Source of the DNA: an uncultured Bacteroidales bacterium
GTDB taxonomy: Bacteria; Bacteroidota; Bacteroidia; Bacteroidales; UBA7960
DNA: 58,872 bases
Direction: 5' to 3'
Assembly (NCBI GenBank): GCA_964390665.1
Contig: CAYMLS010000001.1
Location: forward strand, 1-58,872
Positions 50,945 through 58,872 of the stretch are shown here, one piece after another (positions within the stretch are counted from its first letter, which is position 1; every line of letters starts with the position of its first letter). The notes beneath the pieces were generated by a model that saw only the letters and a program-made list of their open reading frames with translations, did not search any database and was not told the origin of the DNA. A program made the translations under genes and the position numbers.

Positions 50945-52276
50945 ATGAAGGTTTACAAATTTGGTGGTGCATCCGTAAAAAATGCTGCGGCGGTAAGAAA
51001 CATGGCCGGAATCATTCGTAAACATGAACAAGACTCTCTTATCGTTGTGATTTCAGCCATGGGTAAAACCACCAATGCTCTTGAAAAATTAGTGGAATCC
51101 TATTTCCAGGAGGAAGAAGAAACCAAAAAAATTCTTTTTGAGCAGGTAAAAGAGTATCACTACCAGATCATCAACGAACTTTTCACGGATAAAAAACATG
51201 ATATTTTCCTGGCTGCAGACCAGATTTTCTATCATCTTTATTATTACTTAAAAGAAAAACCTGGTAAAAACTATAATTTTGAATACGACAGAATTGTTTC
51301 TACCGGCGAAATTTTGTCCACAAAGATCATAGCATCTTACCTGAAATCCTCAGGAATTGAGAATCGCTGGTTTGATGCACGACAACTGATCATTACCGAC
51401 TCGAACTATCGCGATGCTGCCGTAGATTGGCTGAAAACCGAGAATCTGATACAGGATAAAATTTCGGGATACCTTCAAAAACGGAGGTCAAAAGGGTTAT
51501 CATCCATTGCCATCACCCAGGGATTTGTAGGGGGCACCACCCAGGGCTTCGCCACCACACTGGGCCGCGAAGGATCGGATTACAGTGCTGCGATCATAGC
51601 ATATGCTGTTAAAGCAAAGGAGGTGGTGATCTGGAAAGATGTTGTTGGTGTATTGAATGCAGACCCCAAATTATTCAAAAACACAACCCTGCTTAACAAC
51701 ATTTCATACCAGGAGGCTATAGAATTATCCTATTACGGGGCAACTGTTATTCACCCCAAAACACTAAAACCTCTATTGAAAAAGAGCATTCCACTGAGGG
51801 TAAAATCTTTTTATCATCCCGACAAAGAGGGAAGTCTTATCAATAATGAAACTGCTGGCGACGGATCTCATCCTTCGTACATCATTAAATTCAACCAGGT
51901 ACTTTTATCGGTTTTTCCGAAAGATTTCAGCTTTATTGCCGAAAAGAACCTCTCGAGAATATTTTCGGAATGTGCTCAGAATAGCATAAAGATCAATCTT
52001 ATGCAAAATTCGGCTTTAAGTTTTTCAATCTGTTTCGATGAAGATAAAATAAAAACACCTAACCTGCTGAAAAGCCTTGGTAAGATCTATACCGTAAAGT
52101 ACAATACCCATGTGCAGCTGATCACCATCAGGCATTACGAAAAGGCAAATTTGCAGGAACTTCTGCAGGGTAAAAAAATCCTCATTGAACAAAAAAACCG
52201 TACTACGCTTCAATGGGTGGTGAAAGATACGATGATCCAACAGGAGAATCAGGGATCACCCCTTTTGCATCCATAA
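50945..52276 (+). CDS. lysC: Aspartate kinase
   Basis: Internal ATG of track ORF 50924..52276 gives MKVYKFGGASVKNA. VVISAMGKTTNAL motif and C-terminal ACT-like region. Confidence 0.88.
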   Translation: MKVYKFGGASVKNAAAVRNMAGIIRKHEQDSLIVVISAMGKTTNALEKLVESYFQEEEETKKILFEQVKEYHYQIINELFTDKKHDIFLAADQIFYHLYYYLKEKPGKNYNFEYDRIVSTGEILSTKIIASYLKSSGIENRWFDARQLIITDSNYRDAAVDWLKTENLIQDKISGYLQKRRSKGLSSIAITQGFVGGTTQGFATTLGREGSDYSAAIIAYAVKAKEVVIWKDVVGVLNADPKLFKNTTLLNNISYQEAIELSYYGATVIHPKTLKPLLKKSIPLRVKSFYHPDKEGSLINNETAGDGSHPSYIIKFNQVLLSVFPKDFSFIAEKNLSRIFSECAQNSIKINLMQNSALSFSICFDEDKIKTPNLLKSLGKIYTVKYNTHVQLITIRHYEKANLQELLQGKKILIEQKNRTTLQWVVKDTMIQQENQGSPLLHP

Positions 52277-52299
52277 AAAGCAAATTGATATATTATGCT

Positions 52300-53673
52300 T
52301 TACTGATTGAGTATCTCAGGATGATTTCCATAAAAATCATCCAGGAAATTATCGTCGGCATTTTGGCACCTGTTGCCCGTTTTTTCAAGAGAAAATTCCT
52401 GGTAAAAATCGGGATTCAGTTCGCTGTCAGATGAGTATAGCAAAGGAATGGTAATTCGGCTTCCGGCAACGGGGTTGTCATCTTTATCAAATTTTCCTTT
52501 GTTGGGAGGATGATTCCTGATGAACCATGAGCAAACCCTGAATTTCGAATAAATGGTGCCCCAGGTGTCGCCTGACCTTACAAGGTAGGCTGTATCATTG
52601 GGCAATGTAAATTTCTTCTGTTCTGGCTCCGTTTCCGGTTCCTGCTCCTGCACATCTTCCACCATATTCTCTTCAACAGAAATGGTATCCTGATCTTCTT
52701 GCAAAGAAGTATTGAGTTCAATATTTTTTGCCGGTCGCGGATTAAACAAAAACAGATCGTAAAACATATACCCCAGCAGCAAAATAGCCAAAACAATTAA
52801 TCCAATCTTCACCACAGGTCTGTTGAGTTGTTTTTCAACTGTCCCTTTCTCCTTTTTTTCTTTTTCAGAAGAAACAGTATTTTCAGGTTTTTTCAGGGAC
52901 CTTTTTAATTTAAAAGCAGACTCGGTGGGAACGGGTACAAATTTCCGAACAGTATTGGGCAAACTGTAAAAAGAAATAATTTGCAGGGAAATATTCGCTG
53001 ATGGAGAAATGTTTCTGCCCATGTCAGCAAGTCTGAGTGCTTTTGTTTGCACTGGCATAGGATCAGAAAGCACACGTTGAATTTGTTTTTCGGTAACATT
53101 GAGGAACAGATCGCGCGTTCCCATCAGGATCAGATCATCATTGAGTGGTACAAGCGGTTGCTGGTTAACAGTGGGTTCAATATTTTTAAACTGACCAAGA
53201 AGCAAATGCTTTTGCTCTCCTGCCTTTGCGGTTTCATTCTCCTTGTTATCTTTTCCCTGCCCGATAAGGAAAACTTTTTTCCCATTAAAAAAGTAAACCA
53301 ACATATCACCCACAACGCTGTAGAAAACCTCATTATCCCGGATCATCACGCAGGCACATGAAAGGTGTATCCGGTCGAGTTCGGGATTTTTGCGCGCATA
53401 TTCGTAGATAAACCCGTTGGTGTATATCAATGCGTTATAAACAGCGTTTTCAGGTTTTTCCACAAATTCATTTTGCAGATAGTACGTAATTCTTTCAATG
53501 GCCAGTTTGGATGCTTCCTTGCTTTTGTCATCCTGATGATGACTTTGCGTAAGGATAAAAACCGACCCGTTGATCGTCTCCAGAAACTCCATTTCCACAG
53601 CGCCAGACTGCTTGGAAAAGGAAGTGCCTGAGGTATTGGCATATTCGAAATATTTTAACTTTTTGTTTGCCAT
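52300..53673 (-). CDS. Membrane protein: PP2C-like N-terminal domain, one TM helix, C-terminal LysM-like domain
   Basis: 457 aa. The N-terminal ~230 aa resemble a degenerate PPM fold. TM IGLIVLAILLLGYMFYDLFLF. C-terminal YLVRSGDTWGTIYSKF...GSRITIP is LysM-like. Domain calls are tentative. Confidence 0.6.
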   Translation of the reverse strand: MANKKLKYFEYANTSGTSFSKQSGAVEMEFLETINGSVFILTQSHHQDDKSKEASKLAIERITYYLQNEFVEKPENAVYNALIYTNGFIYEYARKNPELDRIHLSCACVMIRDNEVFYSVVGDMLVYFFNGKKVFLIGQGKDNKENETAKAGEQKHLLLGQFKNIEPTVNQQPLVPLNDDLILMGTRDLFLNVTEKQIQRVLSDPMPVQTKALRLADMGRNISPSANISLQIISFYSLPNTVRKFVPVPTESAFKLKRSLKKPENTVSSEKEKKEKGTVEKQLNRPVVKIGLIVLAILLLGYMFYDLFLFNPRPAKNIELNTSLQEDQDTISVEENMVEDVQEQEPETEPEQKKFTLPNDTAYLVRSGDTWGTIYSKFRVCSWFIRNHPPNKGKFDKDDNPVAGSRITIPLLYSSDSELNPDFYQEFSLEKTGNRCQNADDNFLDDFYGNHPEILNQ

Positions 53674-53780
53674 AAGTATTCTGATGAAAAGGAAACCCGA
53701 AGCGAGTAATTTGACTTTGCTGCAAAATTAATAATTAAACGCAAGTGAACGTAAATGTAAGATGCAAATGATTGTTTTTC

Positions 53781-54557
53781 CTATAAGGATACATTTTTGG
53801 TAATACTTACAAACTCATTTACATGCAATTGTTCTGCGCGTTGCCCCGAGAGGTGCTGTATGGTGTCATCGCTCCAGTCAACAGGCAATGACCGTAGTGC
53901 ATTTCTCAGGGTTTTCCTGCGTTGGTTATAAGCTGTTTTCACCACCCTGAAAAAATGTTTTTCATTACAATCAAGATTCACTGTATTGTTACGTGTAAGA
54001 CGTATAACGGCAGATTTGACTTTTGGAGGTGGGCGAAATTCGTGTTCCTCAACCATGAAAAGTAGCTCAACATCGTAAAAAGCCTGACAAAGCACGCTAA
54101 GGATGCCATTTACTTTTTTCCCGGGGGGCGCTGCAATTCTCTGTGCAACCTCTTTTTGAAACATTCCGACTACTTCAGTGACCAGATGACGGTTTTCCAG
54201 CACCTTAAACAAAATCTGGGAAGATATATTATACGGGAAATTGCCAATTACCCCTACAGATTCATTTTCAGAAAAAGCGGCAACATCCATAGACAAAAAA
54301 TCTTCCTCCAAAACAAAAGAACTGCATTCAGGAAATTGTTCCTGAAGATAAAGAACAGAGTCATGATCGATTTCTATCCCCCACCATTGCCATTGTTTTT
54401 GTTGCCATAAAAACCGGGATAACACGCCTGTTCCGGGTCCTATTTCAAGAACACGTTTGTAGTTGCCATAACCTTTCAGACTCTTGACGATTCGCCAGGC
54501 AATGTCGTCATTACGTAAAAAATGTTGTCCTAGTTTTTTTTTGGGTTTTACGTACAA
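53781..54557 (-). CDS. rsmA: 16S rRNA (adenine1518/1519-N6)-dimethyltransferase
   Basis: 258 aa with KKKLGQHFL and the VLEIGPGTGVLS SAM motif. Apparent TTG start. Confidence 0.9.
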   Translation of the reverse strand: MYVKPKKKLGQHFLRNDDIAWRIVKSLKGYGNYKRVLEIGPGTGVLSRFLWQQKQWQWWGIEIDHDSVLYLQEQFPECSSFVLEEDFLSMDVAAFSENESVGVIGNFPYNISSQILFKVLENRHLVTEVVGMFQKEVAQRIAAPPGKKVNGILSVLCQAFYDVELLFMVEEHEFRPPPKVKSAVIRLTRNNTVNLDCNEKHFFRVVKTAYNQRRKTLRNALRSLPVDWSDDTIQHLSGQRAEQLHVNEFVSITKNVSL

Positions 54558-54574
54558 GATGATAAATTTAGAAA

Positions 54575-56419
54575 TTAATTGATCATGTCGCCTCTGAGAT
54601 TTCTGAAATGATTGCGGGCGTCCAACACATAAATACTGCCCGGATAATCAACGATGAGTTGTTGATATAGCTCCATGGCAGTCTCTTTGTCTTCAAATAT
54701 GGTTTCATACATGCGGGCACGCATAAACAAAGCCCTTGAAGCAAATAATCCACTGGAATAGTTTGCCGTTATCTTCTCAAACAATACATCGGCTTCCTGA
54801 TAATTACCTTTCCTTTGATAAATAAGTGCTTTTTCCATCATTACATTATCTGCGATCTGGTGCGAAGGGAAAAGTTGCGTAATGGAATCAAGCACGCTGA
54901 CCGACTTATCAAAATTATTCATGAATGTGTGCATTTGAGCACGGGCAAACATTTGCAGGGGTTCAGAATTACCGTCTTCATCGAGGTTATCCTGTATAAG
55001 CAGAGAAAGATCAATGGCATCATTGGCGATCAGGCGTGAGGTAGCAGATTTGAGCACATCGAGTTGGGCTTTGGCCCATTTAAATTCACCCATGTAAAAA
55101 GAAAGGCGTGCATTTTTAAATCTTGCTTCATGTGCCAGCGGGTCATCTTTAAATAATTTATCTACCTGGGCATACAACAAATGGGCATCCCAAAGATCAC
55201 CTTTCAGCAATAAAATATCAGCCATCTCAACACGACATTCTGCTTTGACCCGGGCAGAGATATTCGGCATTTCAATAACAGGCTCCAGAATATCGATGGC
55301 GCCCTGAGTATCGTTCAGATAAAAAGCTTTCAAATTGGCCAAATTTCTAATGACAGAGACTGTACGGGGTCGTACACCAAGTTCATCCAGAAGTTCGTGA
55401 TATTCCTTTTCCACTTCGCGCAGCATGTCATAGTCAATTTCATAACTTTGTGTAGCTTTTTGATATAAAACCTCAAGTTTTCCGCTACGGGCATTCAGGT
55501 AAAAAGGATTGAGGTCTCCACTTTGCAGGATGTAATTATATCCTTTCAGGGCAACATCATAATATTGGTTGCCAGCACTCAGAGAGGCTACATCGAGAAC
55601 CAGTTGCCCATCTTGCTGCATGCGTCGGTCAAGTGCCATGGCCTGTCTCATGGCCATTTCAAAATCTTTTTGCTGAATGGAAAGCCAAAGCAACATTTCA
55701 GCATAAAAATTCTCTGATGGATGATCTCTTACTTTCCCGAGCAATACATTTCTAAGGGTTTGGTTTTTAGTAAAATTTGGATCATCATCGAGTTCTTCCT
55801 GCAAAAGTCCCTGAACTTTTTCCAGTTGCGAAGGATCCAGAACGATAAGTTCCACATATTCGGTCATCATCTTTTCATCATCGCCGGTTTGGGAATAAAT
55901 TTCGGCAACAGCAATATGAAAAGGAAATTGTGCACCCAACAATTGCCTTCCTCTTTGATAAGTCTGCAGTGCATAATCGATATATTCCCTGAAAAGAAAA
56001 GCATTGGCAAGATCCGTAACCGCATCAGGGTCTGGAGGCAGGTCTTTGATAAGTCCTTCGAACAGTCTGTTTGCTTTCCTGTTGTTGCCCCCCTGGTCAT
56101 AAACCCAACCCAGGTCAATTTCGAATCGCACCCTGCCAGGATGGTTGCTTTGATGCTTTTTAACCACCTTTTCGGCCTGTTTAAATTCCTCCAGTGCTAT
56201 CAAACTCTGAAGGTAATTTCCGTAAATGATCGGTGTTGGGTCTGTTTCGAATAATTCCTCGTATAGTACCACAGCTTTTTCATAATTTCCTTCGCGAAGA
56301 TATTGAGCGGCTAACTGTTCATCCTCAGCAAGAGCGTTGCTTCTCTCCTGCCCTCTAACAGTTGGTGAAGACAGCACCCCAAACAGGCAAATAAAAGTAA
56401 ATAGTCGAAAAGCGGTCAT
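54575..56419 (-). CDS. Secreted TPR-repeat protein
   Basis: 614 aa. Signal peptide ending VRGQ and numerous TPR-like helical repeats. Confidence 0.8.
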   Translation of the reverse strand: MTAFRLFTFICLFGVLSSPTVRGQERSNALAEDEQLAAQYLREGNYEKAVVLYEELFETDPTPIIYGNYLQSLIALEEFKQAEKVVKKHQSNHPGRVRFEIDLGWVYDQGGNNRKANRLFEGLIKDLPPDPDAVTDLANAFLFREYIDYALQTYQRGRQLLGAQFPFHIAVAEIYSQTGDDEKMMTEYVELIVLDPSQLEKVQGLLQEELDDDPNFTKNQTLRNVLLGKVRDHPSENFYAEMLLWLSIQQKDFEMAMRQAMALDRRMQQDGQLVLDVASLSAGNQYYDVALKGYNYILQSGDLNPFYLNARSGKLEVLYQKATQSYEIDYDMLREVEKEYHELLDELGVRPRTVSVIRNLANLKAFYLNDTQGAIDILEPVIEMPNISARVKAECRVEMADILLLKGDLWDAHLLYAQVDKLFKDDPLAHEARFKNARLSFYMGEFKWAKAQLDVLKSATSRLIANDAIDLSLLIQDNLDEDGNSEPLQMFARAQMHTFMNNFDKSVSVLDSITQLFPSHQIADNVMMEKALIYQRKGNYQEADVLFEKITANYSSGLFASRALFMRARMYETIFEDKETAMELYQQLIVDYPGSIYVLDARNHFRNLRGDMIN

Positions 56420-56592
56420 ATTGAAATTCCTTTTACTGAATATTGAAAAGACGAATCCGGGTGATCGTCAGGATAAGATATAATTCGTTGCTTAGTTTAT
56501 AACGAAAACCAACCCGTATTGTTTTATTTCCGGGGTTTTGGATGTACATATAGAATCAAAACCACATCATCCTGAAATGATAAACATCCCTG

Positions 56593-56638
56593 AAAAAAAA
56601 TTACCGGCATGGCAGGAAGAGGGCAGCCCTGTTCCGGT
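56593..56638 (-). terminator. Probable terminator after serS
   Basis: On the minus strand the ACCGG...CCGGT outer stem encloses a GC-rich segment and is followed by AAT8. The inner pairing is unclear. Confidence 0.45.
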
Positions 56639-57909
56639 TAGCGGATCATATCGAAATGGGTATAAGGCACAAGTGCCGGCGGTATGCGGATACCATCAGC
56701 CGTTTGATTATTTTCCAGCAGAGCGGCAACAATCCGGGGCAGGGCCAGGGCACTGCCGTTGAGCGTATGCGCCAAATGCGTTTTGCCCTCTTTATCTTTA
56801 AACCTGAGTTTCATTCTGTTTGACTGAAATGTTTCGAAATTGGAGATACTGCTTACTTCGAGCCATCTTTTTTGTGCCATTGAAAAAACTTCCATGTCGT
56901 AAGTCATGGCACTGGCAAAGCTTAAGTCTCCACCACAGAGTTTCAGAATACGGAAAGGAAGTTCAAGTTTTTCCAATATTCCCGTAACATACTCTCTCAT
57001 CTTTTCAAGTGTTTTATAACTTTCTTCGGGGCGGGTAACCTGCACGATCTCCACTTTGTCGAACTGATGCAATCTGTTCAATCCTCTTACATCTTTTCCG
57101 TAAGAACCTGCTTCTCTTCTAAAACATGCAGAATAAGCAGTGCTTTTCAGCGGCAGTTCTTCTTCTTTGAGGATCAATCCACGGTAAAAATTGGTTACAG
57201 GTACTTCAGCCGTAGGTATCAGGTAAAGGTTGTCAACGGTAACATGGTACATTTGTCCGTCTTTATCGGGCAATTGACCAGTGGCATAGGCAGAATCTTC
57301 ATTGACCAGCAGTGGAGGTTGAAATTCAGTATAACCTTCTTCAATAGCCTGATCGAGAAAAAAACTGATCAGTGCCCTTTGCAGTTTTGCGCCTTTCCCT
57401 CTGTAAACAGGAAAACCAGCACCTGTGATTTTATTGCCCAGTTCGAAATCAATCAATTGGTATTTGGCGGCCAATTCCCAATGCGGCATAGCATCCTGTT
57501 GTAATTCAGATATTTCTCCAACCTGATCCACAACAATATTATCATCCGGCGTTGTGCCCGGAGGTACACTTTCGTGGGGAATGTTGGGCAGGAGCACCAA
57601 CAAGCTTTCCTGTTCACTTTCCAGGGTGCCGAGTTGGGTTTGGAGGTCTTTGATCAGTTGCTTAAGTTCAGTTGTTCTCAATCTGAGATCATTGGCTTTG
57701 CTTTGCTGCCCGGAGCGGAACAGGTTGCCGATCTCTTTGGATACAGCATTGTTTTCTGCGGCGGTATCATCCAGTTTTTTCTGAATGTTTCTGCGCTGCG
57801 TATCCACCTCAAGAAGTCTGTTAATAATTTCGGTAGCATCAAAGTTTTTCACTTTGAGTTTTTGAATCATTTCCTCAGCCTGAGTACGAATTTCATTGAT
57901 TTTAAGCAT
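56638..57909 (-). CDS. serS: Seryl-tRNA synthetase
   Basis: 423 aa. N-terminal coiled-coil arm and class II motifs (FRREAGSYGKDVRGLNRLHQFDKVE, GSALALPR). Confidence 0.95.
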   Translation of the reverse strand: MLKINEIRTQAEEMIQKLKVKNFDATEIINRLLEVDTQRRNIQKKLDDTAAENNAVSKEIGNLFRSGQQSKANDLRLRTTELKQLIKDLQTQLGTLESEQESLLVLLPNIPHESVPPGTTPDDNIVVDQVGEISELQQDAMPHWELAAKYQLIDFELGNKITGAGFPVYRGKGAKLQRALISFFLDQAIEEGYTEFQPPLLVNEDSAYATGQLPDKDGQMYHVTVDNLYLIPTAEVPVTNFYRGLILKEEELPLKSTAYSACFRREAGSYGKDVRGLNRLHQFDKVEIVQVTRPEESYKTLEKMREYVTGILEKLELPFRILKLCGGDLSFASAMTYDMEVFSMAQKRWLEVSSISNFETFQSNRMKLRFKDKEGKTHLAHTLNGSALALPRIVAALLENNQTADGIRIPPALVPYTHFDMIR

Positions 57910-57983
57910 GACAAAAAAAGTTAGAATGAATTAGTGAAAACAAAAAAGGATAAAAAACGGATCAGATACCTAAAGCACTAAAC

Positions 57984-58018
57984 CAAAAAACCCGCCATTG
58001 GCGGGTTATATTTTTTCA
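57984..58018 (-). terminator. Intrinsic terminator after rpmA
   Basis: On the minus strand AACCCGCC-aat-GGCGGGTT is followed by TTTTTGG. Confidence 0.75.
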
Positions 58019-58037
58019 AAAAGAAATACTCCATCCA

Positions 58038-58304
58038 TTAGGCCTGGTTTTCGGCTTGTTCTATGGAAACGTACGATTTGCCTTCAGATTTTTTCTTAAA
58101 AACAACGGTTCCTTCAACCAGGGCAAACAAGGTATGGTCTTTGCCCATGCCAACATTTTTACCAGGGTTGTGCATCGTGCCTCTTTGCCTTACGATAATA
58201 CTGCCGGCCTTGGCCAATTCACCACCAAAAAGTTTCACACCCAGTCTTTTGCTATGAGATTCTCTACCGTTGCGTGAACTACCGACTCCTTTCTTATGTG
58301 CCAT
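58038..58304 (-). CDS. rpmA: 50S ribosomal protein L27
   Basis: 88 aa, [24 protein letters not shown]. Confidence 0.95.
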   Translation of the reverse strand: MAHKKGVGSSRNGRESHSKRLGVKLFGGELAKAGSIIVRQRGTMHNPGKNVGMGKDHTLFALVEGTVVFKKKSEGKSYVSIEQAENQA

Positions 58305-58337
58305 AATATAATATTTTTTAGGATTTACAATGTCAAT

Positions 58338-58649
58338 TTATCCAACAATTTCTTCTATCTGGATTTGGGTCATCAGTTGCCTGTGTCCGTTCATTTTCTG
58401 ATACCCTTTTCTTCTTTTCTTTTTAAAAACCAGAATTTTATCTGCTTTTACATGTTCAAGTACTTTGGCTTTTACCTTAGCACCTTCTACAACAGGAGCG
58501 CCTACCTCGATTGTTTCATCATTGGCCCTGAGAAGAACGCGGTCAAATTCCAACGCGTCACCTTCTTTTCCTTCCAAACGATGTACAAAAATCTTCTGGT
58601 CTTTTTCTACCTTGAATTGCTGTCCTGCTATTTCTACGATTGCGTACAT
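58338..58649 (-). CDS. rplU: 50S ribosomal protein L21
   Basis: 103 aa, [25 protein letters not shown]. Confidence 0.95.
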   Translation of the reverse strand: MYAIVEIAGQQFKVEKDQKIFVHRLEGKEGDALEFDRVLLRANDETIEVGAPVVEGAKVKAKVLEHVKADKILVFKKKRRKGYQKMNGHRQLMTQIQIEEIVG

Positions 58650-58716
58650 TTTACAGCTTGTTTATAAGTTATTATTTACTTTATTATAATGGGGTGCAAA
58701 GATAAGAAGAAATCTT

Positions 58717-58872
58717 TTATGAACAACCAAAATAATGGCAATATTTTTTTGCAAAGTGCTGGTTTACATTTACAGATACCTGACAGGATTCCCAAGGATT
58801 GTTTTTCTTATAACCGGGCACATAAAAACCATCAATCCTCACTTCAACAAAGCGATCCATTTTTTCAACTGA
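58717..58872 (-). CDS. C-terminal 51 codons of an unidentified protein (runs off the right edge)
   Basis: Minus-strand frame is open from 58872 to the TAA at 58719-58717: ...VEKMDRFVEVRIDGFYVPGYKKNNPWESCQVSVNVNQHFAKKYCHYFGCS*. No family recognised. A competing plus-strand ATG ORF starts at 58720. Confidence 0.35.
   Translation of the reverse strand, partial: SVEKMDRFVEVRIDGFYVPGYKKNNPWESCQVSVNVNQHFAKKYCHYFGCS

Noticed and set aside
1-58872. Scan for tRNA, rRNA, CRISPR arrays, transposases, integrases, restriction-modification or other defence genes
   Set aside because: No cloverleaf-type T-arm/anticodon patterns, no regularly spaced direct repeats, and no ORF with recombinase, nuclease or methylase motifs were seen. 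This was an eyeball scan only, so small RNAs could be missed.

Overview
AT-rich Bacteroidota-type chromosomal segment. The assignment rests on a SusC/SusD pair, a T9SS C-terminal sorting domain, a TAnnTTTG-type promoter box and almost no Shine-Dalgarno sites. It carries about 45 genes, most on the minus strand. Housekeeping genes are lipB, rlmN, icd, fba, proS, murB, uvrA, lysC, rsmA, serS and rpmA-rplU. Accessory content is a Wza/Wzc polysaccharide-export pair, and a SusC/SusD locus followed by a cyanophycinase-like S51 peptidase and a YfcC-type transporter. It also has a run of exported proteins (propeller lipoprotein, DUF362 protein with T9SS tail, CBM9/DOMON-like protein), two ECF-type sigma factors and an orphan sigma54-dependent response regulator. 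A CarH/LitR-like MerR/B12 regulator, a DnaB-C-terminal-only ATPase, a truncated sulfatase remnant and a very unusual Tyr/Gly- plus Arg/Ser/Pro-rich lipoprotein complete it. No rRNA, tRNA, CRISPR array, transposase or integrase was seen. The most interesting signal is not a protein gene. It is a family of seven unannotated conserved intergenic elements, about 140 nt each with one rearranged copy of about 230 nt. All seven lie in the same orientation directly upstream of minus-strand genes. Each has a hairpin whose stem changes in a compensatory way between copies, a small ORF open in most copies, a conserved terminal ATG module, and copy-specific flanking direct repeats. I could not match the element to any RNA, IS or MITE family I know. 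Competing explanations (5' leader or small ORF, DonS-like antisense sRNA, mobile miniature element) are laid out with tests. All identities and alignments were judged by eye, not computed.
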